From contig OX597836.1 of NCBI GenBank assembly GCA_951406725.2, positions 45,756,001-45,820,000 on the forward strand: DNA of 64,000 nt. Direction: 5' to 3'. The notes under the pieces were generated by a model, which was given only the letters and a program-made list of their open reading frames with translations, was not told the DNA's origin and made no database searches. Of this stretch, positions 55,721 through 64,000 are shown piece after piece. Made by a program: the position numbers and the translations under genes. Within the stretch, counting starts at the first letter, position 1. Each line of letters opens with the position of its first letter. The DNA is from Octopus vulgaris (lineage: Eukaryota).

Positions 55721-56533
55721 ACTTCGTATCCACTGGTTTCGCTGAGTTTGCCGAGGTTAGATGTGACCATTTTTTAGTCAATGAAGAGTGGTAGAATAAC
55801 AAAGAGTCACTTACAAAGCACTACAGCAGCTTAAAAGTTAGAAAAGCCGGAATACTGTACTCCTACTCCTGAGATATCGGGTTAAAGAACGTTTCAAAAT
55901 ATTTCCAAAAACTGGTGGTATTTGTTGATAAATAGAAATCACATTTAGCAGCTAATTGATGCAATGTTTAAATATAGAGATGTCACGAGAAATCTTGCAA
56001 CATCACGAAATAAACCGCAACCTAAAACATGCTTATTGTTTGAATTGTGAGACGAGAGTATAGGAGAGCGGAGTCACAGCGAGAGTCATTATCTCCCGTT
56101 ATTATAAGATAGTTTTAAGAGATAGAGAGGAAGGATGAGGGTAGGATTTAAAAGAGACAATAGCAGAAAGCATTCATGTATCGTCAATAGAAAGATTTTA
56201 TTGATATCTTATGATTAATATATTAAGTTATGAATTAGTGCCTAGCAACCTTTGACACTGCTCGTCATTTCGCCGTAATGAAAGCGGAAATATTGTGAAC
56301 TTAGGAGATCTTCGTCTTCGACAGGTTCACGTTAAATGGATTTTACTCAAAGATGCATCTCATGATGTATTAATTAATACATGAATATTTACACACACAC
56401 ACACACACACGCACACACACACAGATGCACGCACGCAAGGGTGCGCATATACATATGTAAGTGCACCTCACATAGTAAACATGTAAGTATATGCATATAT
56501 GTCTATGTGTATATATATATGTGTATGTGTGTT

Positions 56534-56564
<31 letters not shown>

Positions 56565-56583
56565 GTATATTTGTATGTATGTA

Positions 56584-56669
<86 letters not shown>

Positions 56670-56673
56670 TACA

Positions 56674-56737
<64 letters not shown>

Positions 56738-56861
56738 CATACATATGTATAGGCGCAGAATGGCTGCATGGCAAGAAGCTTTATTTCCAACCACATTGTT
56801 CCGGATTCAGTCCCGTTGCGCGGCACCTTAGAAAAATGTCTTCAACTGAAAGATGCCCATC

Positions 56862-56911
<50 letters not shown>

Positions 56912-56946
56912 GTTTATATATATATGTGTAAAACATATATATATGT

Positions 56947-57282
56947 GAAGGCGCATGGCTCAGTTGTTAGAGCGTCGAGCTTAGAATCGTGAGGTTGTGA
57001 GCTCGAATCCCGGACTGGGCTGCGTGTTGTGTTCTTGAGCAAAACACTTTATTTCACGTTGCTCCAGTTCACTCAGCTGTAGAAATGAGTTGCGACGTCA
57101 CTGGTGCCAAGCTGTATCGACCTTTGTCTTTCCCTTGGATAACACTGGTGGCGTGGAGAGGGGAGGCTGGTATGCATGGGCGACTGCTGGTCTTCCATAA
57201 ACAACCTTGCCCGGACTTGTGTCTAGGAGGGTAACTTTCTAGGTGCAATCCCATGGTCATTCATGACCGAAGGGGGTCTTTA
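56947..57282 (+). mobile_element. tRNA-derived SINE, family D
   Basis: tggctcagttgttagagc A-box and gagctcgaatccc B-box. The body is shared with 63815-64000(-). Confidence 0.8.
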
Positions 57283-57455
57283 TATATATACGTTAAATAT
57301 AGAGTAGTGAGGTTTTTTTTAGAAATTTCACTTCCAGTGGCCTAGCATGTATAAATAGTCAATAGACAACATATTCTCAATATAAAATAGTGTACATTTA
57401 AACACAATATATATATAAATAGAGTTAAACGTAGGTATTATTCAAGTCTTTATAC

Positions 57456-57541
57456 TTCCGACATATGTTTCGAAGAAAACATTGATATTATTCCAGAAGG
57501 TATAAAATGATGAACAACAATGCAATCTTCTCATCAGGGAA
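57456..57541 (-). ncRNA. Type I hammerhead ribozyme
   Basis: ttcc-CTGATGA-gaaga...tcttc-GAAA-catatg-TC-ggaa. Perfect core, GUC triplet, palindromic stem III. Confidence 0.87.
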
Positions 57542-58144
57542 AAAAGAGAAGCAAAATGCATCAATAAGACATTTTAACCGAATGTGATTACTGCATATAT
57601 GATGAAGGAAACGATGGTCTACATTTAGACATATCAATAAACGCAACAATACTGGGCTTAGTAAATTAATTTGGTCTCTAAATGAATATAATAAACAATT
57701 TCATTTGGAATGGAATATTCTATCTAGGTGTTTTCCTTATGATAAAGTGAGATATTTTTGTTCTCTCTGTAACGATGAACTACATTTCATCCTGTTCTCA
57801 GAGAATCCTCTTGTGAACACGTTGAAATAACGCGTTTATCGTTGCAAACATTGGCAAAAACATACCTAATTTCTACTAGTCGAAGTCTATAGAATTCGAC
57901 CTTTATCTGTCTTCTTACATTTAATTTCCATTAAATATATTTATTTCCCCGCCTTTGATCTGTATTTCTATTCACCTATCGCACTATATTTCTCCATTCT
58001 TAGTTTTTTCTCCTAATTTCTCTCTTCCTCCTTCTCTTTCTATAAATTGCCTTTGACGTTATTTCTATTAACGGTTCTCTTCATCATATATGCAGCATCA
58101 CATCCAATTAAAATATCTTATTGATGCGTTTTGTTTCTCTTTCT

Positions 58145-58231
58145 TTCCCTGATGAGAAGATTGTATCGTTTTACATCGTTAAAATTCCTTCTGGAATAAA
58201 ATCAATGTTTTCTTCGAAACATGTGTCGGAA
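58145..58231 (+). ncRNA. Type I hammerhead ribozyme
   Basis: ttcc-CTGATGA-gaaga...tcttc-GAAA-catgtg-TC-ggaa. Confidence 0.85.
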
Positions 58232-58660
58232 GAATAAAGACTTGAATGACACCTGTGTTTAACTCCATTTATTTATTTATTTATTTATGTGACATAAAAG
58301 CATTTCACTAAACTCAGGAAATTCTACCTTTATAAGTAGGCTGTTACATCCTTGGTATTTATGTGAATTTTTGCTACCCTGGTAATTATTTATTTATTTA
58401 TTTTTTTCGGTGTTATTTGTACACATTGAAAAATACACATACATTTATATGTGTGTGTGTGTGTTTGTCTCCGTACCATCGCTTAACAACTGATGGCAAT
58501 GTGTTTACGTTCCCGTAACGTAGTGGTTCGGCAAAAGCTACTGGTAGAATAAGTACTAGGGTAGATTTCTGCGATTAAATCCCTTTAAGGCGATGCTCCT
58601 GCATGGCCGCAGTCAAATGACTGAAACATGCTAAAGAGTAAAAGAATATGTATATATATA

Positions 58661-58998
58661 CTTGGGCAAGTGTCTTCTGCTATAGCCCCGGGCCGACCAA
58701 TGCCTTGTGAGTGGATTTGGTAGACGGAAACTGAAAGAAGCCTGTCGTATATATGTATATATATATATGTGTGTATGTGTTTGTGTGTCTGTGTTTGTCC
58801 CCCTAGCATTGCTTGACAACCGATGCTGGTGTGTTTACGTCCCCGTCACTTAGCGGTTCGGCATAAGAGACCGATAGAATAAGTACTGGGCTTACAAAGA
58901 ATAAGTCCCGGGGTCGATTTGCTCGACTAAAGGCGGTGCTCCAGCATGGCCGCAGTCAAATGACTGAAACAAGTAAAAGAGTAAAAGAGTAAAGAGTA
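58661..58998 (+). mobile_element. SINE family A, 5'-truncated
   Basis: Body and tail match the other copies. Confidence 0.85.
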
Positions 58999-59455
58999 AT
59001 GTTATATATGTATATATATGTATATGATATGTGTGTGTGTGTATGTATGTGACAGTCATTAGGACGTTGGAATTCCTTGCAGTATTTGTCCCAGCACTTT
59101 ACGCTCTCTGTTCAAATTCAACCGAGGTCAACTTAGAATTTCATTCTCTCGGGGTCGATAAATAAAGTACTAGTCTGGAGTAAAGGATTGATTATCTATT
59201 CCAAGCATTAGTTGTTGGCATTCCGTCAACAGTCAGGTTGCTATCGCTGGAACACCAATAAAGCTTCGAAAACTAATGTTAGGTAAATAAGACCGTTATA
59301 TATAAGACTGTATCCGGATGGTGCGGTACGATTGTCATTTCATTTGTGTGTGTATGAGAGCGTGTATGTTATTTATACAGTAATTAATAGGACATTAGCA
59401 ACGACTCGAGTTTCATGTCCGCGTTTGGTTTCAACGTAACTTTTACTACAGTCAG

Positions 59456-59518
<63 letters not shown>

Positions 59519-59557
59519 CTCTCTCTCTCTTTATATATATATATATATATATATACA

Positions 59558-59619
<62 letters not shown>

Positions 59620-60422
59620 TGTAATAAATAAAATATATGCATACATACATACATACATATATGTACGTACCTACATCTACATGTATATATACATGCATAT
59701 ATAAATATATATACGTGAGTACAGGACACCACAAGTAGACGTAGAACTCAACGAGAAACAAAAACGGAAAAAACAAGTGTGGAACGCACCATTTTTTTTA
59801 CAACGAAAAACAGAGCACAAGACAAACTACACAAGGAAAAATACCCTTCATCAGCTGTCCCTAGTTCAACTTCAGCGTGTTTCGAAGGTAGGAAAGAACA
59901 CGACTCTCCTGCGAAGAAATTAAATAAAATTACTTCGCAGAGGGGTAAAAACAAAGAAAGAAAAAAATGTAACAAAAACAGGACGTAAAAACGATACAAA
60001 TAAAATTACAAAATAAAATACAAAATAAAATAAAATACAAAATAAAAATACAATTACAAAAAATTACAATACGAGAAATAAAAACAAAACAAGAAAACAA
60101 ACGAAAGGCCTATTTTGGGCCTAGACGAGGAAGATTGTGGAGAGCGCAAGGTAAAACCGTGTGTTTACAGTTGGAATGCCGCATGTAAAAAGGAAGAGTT
60201 GGCTGGCTGTGAGAGAGATGAGGAGGAGTGAGAGAGAGAGATAGAGGAAGACAAGCGGCTGAGAGAGAGATGAGGAGGAGTGAGAGAGAGAGAGATAGGG
60301 AAAAAAGGGAAGGTAAAGCAAAGTGGTATAGGGTTTCGCGTCATAATTATATATAAAAACAGTACTTGGAGAAGAAGAACGAAACGAAACGAACGAATCG
60401 AATCGAATCGACGCGAGGGCGC

Positions 60423-60453
<31 letters not shown>

Positions 60454-60749
60454 AAATATTGTGTATGTAATTTCCTTGTAAGGGATTTTTTTTTATAAAG
60501 ACCCGGATATCAACTGGTGTTATCAAATATATTAAAAGAAAGTTCCGCAATATATATATGGATAAACTGACCAATAATGTGTAAAGTTAATAAAAGAAAA
60601 TTATGTTTTTTTTACCCCCCTCAAAAATCTATTTCATCTCTCAATTTGTCTCCAATACCCTTAAAAGCCCATAATATCCCATATAATTAAACACTACTTT
60701 AAGTCCCTTAACACTTATATGAATAGTTTTCAAATACATTATAGTATTT

Positions 60750-61010
60750 ACTTGTCGATTTCTTTGGACTTCGAGCAATCCTTTCGTGAATGATCTGAGA
60801 AATTTCCAGTGTTCGAATTGTAGGGTTTCTTTGTTTTGGGGTGTTGCGCACTGACCCCGTAGCGTGCCACTCCTTAACCAATATTTATATCGTTCTCTTT
60901 GCTGCTAAGCCTTTACCCAGAAACCTGACTTCAAAAATTTCATCCTTCTGCTTAACAGAACCTCTTCTCCCATACGCTTTCGCTGTCTCTATTCTTTCCG
61001 CTCTTGAGTA
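60750..61010 (-). pseudogene. Tc1/mariner N-terminal HTH remnant
   Basis: YSRAERIE...TI*ILVKEWHATGSVRN...TIRT...RSPKKST. Confidence 0.6.
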
Positions 61011-61854
61011 CGTGATATAAAAGCATTTCACTAAACTCAGGAAATTCTACCTTTATAAGTAGGCTGTTACATCCTTGGTACTTATGTGAAATTTGCTACC
61101 CTGGTAACTATTTATTTATTTATTTTTTTCGGTGTTATTTGTACACATTGAAAAATACACATACATTAATATGTGTGTGTGTGAGAGTTTGTCTTCCTAC
61201 AATTACTTAACTGATGGTAGTGAGTTTACGTTCCCGTAACGTAGTGGTTCGGCAAAAGCTACTGGTAGAATAAGTACTAGGCTCACAAAGAATAAGTACT
61301 AGGGTAGATTTCTGCGATTAAAAACCCTTAGAAAAGTCTAGAGATGTTCACTCAATGCAATCTTACAAGCAACTAATGTGGTGAGGATAACGCAGGGTGA
61401 GGATGCGGTGAGGATAAATTCAGAAAATAGTCGACCAGTGCGCCTTCTTTGTTCAGCAGTTTACAAGCGTTTGAAACAACGCAATGACACTTGCGAAGGA
61501 AGGGCTGTATGCTTTTCCGGGTATGTTAATATATTTCTGTATTAAAAATATGCAGCGGAACCCGGGCTAATTTTTCGTGCGCCAACCTTTACATATATCT
61601 GAAGAGTTGACACTTACGAGGAGTGCCGAAATAATACTGATACGATGTGTTACTACAGTCGTAGTATTGTGCATTAAAACGTGTTGCTCACTCCATTCGC
61701 TTTGTTAATACTTATGTAAACTCAACAGTTATTTACGGATTTCCAGACGTATCTTCCGTTATATGATCAATTTCCGCTGTAAAATCGTGTCTGACACCCG
61801 ATATCCGTAGGCTACAAGATTAATACTCAATTCGAATTTTTATGTGTGAGTGAA

Positions 61855-61967
<113 letters not shown>

Positions 61968-62014
61968 GTCTGTCTGTCTACGTATGTGTGTATGTATGTA
62001 TGTATGTATTTATG

Positions 62015-62080
<66 letters not shown>

Positions 62081-62130
62081 CCTACCTACCTATGTATGTA
62101 TGTATGTATGTATGTATGTATGTATGTATG

Positions 62131-62165
<35 letters not shown>

Positions 62166-62171
62166 ATATCT

Positions 62172-63599
62172 ATCTGACCGTCGTGCCTTGTCCCGACCCT
62201 ACCATCACCAAACTAGAACGCATTCTCTTTCGCTTCTTGTGGAAAGGATGCGTCCCGACGGTCAGGCGATCCATTTGCTGTCAACACCCGTTAAAAGGAG
62301 GACTGGGCATGCCGTGGTTGATGATGCGCAGACACGCGCTGAGACTGCGACATCTCAGGCTCTTCGTAGACGACGGTGAACAGGTGTGGTCGCCGTTTGT
62401 GAGGCACGCTTTCCCGCAGCTAGTCTCCATGACCGAACTGCAGTCGTGGATCAAAAAGAGGCCGAAGAAGGGCGAATGGCACCGCGAGTGTCGCGTTGCT
62501 CTCAAGCAACTCTGCCGTCCCGGGTCGACCCTGAGTGATTCCATCACAACCAAAGCATTCTATAGGGGATTAGTAGAGGGGGAGGTACGACGACGAGCTC
62601 GGGGCGAACCTGGACGTCGACGAGGAATACCTGACCCGCCTGTTCGGGACGACTTTCGGGCCAGGGCCTATGGACAACTTCCAGAGATCCCTGGCCAGGC
62701 AGTGCTACCGAGAAGCGCTACCCGTTCGGGATAAGCTCCACAGACACGGCTCGAGAAACGCGGGGCCGACCTGCCCGAGATGCGGTCAGAGCGACGAAAC
62801 CGTTCTGCACGCACTCGTGCAGTGTCCAACAATTTCCGACCTGTGGGCTTATGTCGAACAACTGCTGTCACGTGTGGGACGAGTCGGTTTATCAGCTGAG
62901 TCTATCGTCAATATTGTCACGCCTCCTTCCTTCAAACGGGAAGGAAGAGCTATTTTCATCATCCTTATGGCTATGGCGAAATAATGTATCTGGTGGACGC
63001 GTCTGAAAGGATTTCCTCTCTGGTCAATCTCTCATCAACTTCTTCAAGTACCACTTGAAAAGGAAAGTGAGAGTAGAGAGGCAAGTTTTGTCTAGCGAAT
63101 GTTTTAAAAATATATGGGTGAATGTAGCAAGGATGGCACGTATGAATGACGAAGCCACCTTGAGCATGATCCTATGAACCCAGAAATTGAAAACAGAGGG
63201 TTACCCACTTGCAAACAAATGTGGTAACATAACAATATTGACCAAGGTTACCGTGGTCTTTTTCGTAGGCTTTTCTTCCCACGGATAAACCTTATTTGCT
63301 TTCCCCTTTACGCCATATATCATAACACTGTGATACACGATCCCTATTGATCGTTTTTTTCCTCTTCCACGTTTTTCCCCTTTTTTCTTCTTTTCTTTTG
63401 TTCCTTTTCCTTTTCTTCTTTTTTTTTTAAATATTTTTTTTTGTTCTTCTTTTTCCCTTTTAAGATCCCTTTTGATCGAAAACCTACGCCATCTTTTTTT
63501 TGTTTCTTTTGTTTTTTGCTTTTTTCATCCCTCAAAAGAAAAGCTCTACCTTGTAACTTGTCCCATCTGTGTGCAGCCCTGTGTGGCCAATAAAGAAAC

Positions 63600-63600
<1 letters not shown>
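62172..63600 (+). mobile_element. 5'-truncated L1/Tx1-clade LINE 3' end inserted in (TATC)n
   Basis: LFRFLWKG...GGLGMP and zinc knuckle CPRCGQSDETVLHALVQC, with a frameshift near 62580. T-rich 3' UTR and AATAAA at ~63588, followed directly by (TATC)n. Confidence 0.85.
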
Positions 63601-63666
<66 letters not shown>

Positions 63667-63690
63667 CATACCCACCTACCTATCTATCTG

Positions 63691-63766
<76 letters not shown>

Positions 63767-63814
63767 CCTACCTATCTAACTATCTATCTGTCTGTCTGTC
63801 TGTCTAAGGTAAAC

Positions 63815-64000
63815 GTAAAGACCCTATTCGATCATGAATGACGATGGGATTGCACCTAATATGCTACTCTCCGAGGCACAATTCGAGCAAGGTTGCTTAT
63901 GGAAGACCAGCAGTTGCCCATGCATACAAGCCTTACCTCTCCACACTACCGATGTTAGCCAAGGGAAAGGCAAAGGCTGTTACAAGTTGGCACCAGTGAC
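63815..64000 (-). mobile_element. SINE family D 3' part
   Basis: Reverse similarity to 57095-57280. Confidence 0.72.

Larger units (their letters stand above)
57416..58440 (+). mobile_element. 5'-truncated Penelope-like element: inverted pLTR, endonuclease C-terminus, pLTR
   Basis: ~200 bp inverted arms 57416-57613 / 58072-58272. 57618-57869 reads TFRH..TGLSKLIWSL..WNIL..Y..CSLCNDE..I..VN..*..CKH.QK. Confidence 0.88.

Noticed and set aside
59835-59895. Minus-strand GAAA...CTGATGA in type II hammerhead order
   Set aside because: I could not pair stems I and III or find an NUH triplet. It may still be a decayed pLTR.

Overview
AT-rich, microsatellite-saturated animal DNA. The SINE families and the (TA)n/(TATC)n/(TACA)n density resemble an octopus or other cephalopod genome; this is an inference, not a database match. 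I cannot support any intact host gene, and almost all tracked ORFs are microsatellite or SINE artefacts. The window is made of transposable elements: a CR1/Jockey-group LINE, R4/Dong-type LINE pieces in (AAT)n, an L1/Tx1-type 3' end in (TATC)n, an RTE fragment, Tc1/mariner elements, a hAT, a Helitron with a non-autonomous partner, and four tRNA-derived SINE families. The main signal is a set of more than 10 mutually unrelated 200-1000 bp cassettes, mostly between (TA)n tracts and many folded as long inverted repeats. They carry minimal type I hammerhead ribozyme cores (stem I-CUGANGA-stem II-GAAA-palindromic stem III-NUH-stem I). Two cassettes contain GIY-YIG endonuclease remnants, and a larger endonuclease fragment lies at 53.9-54.4 kb, so they read as Penelope-like retroelement (PLE) pseudo-LTRs. 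Coordinates were read by eye and may be off by a few bases.
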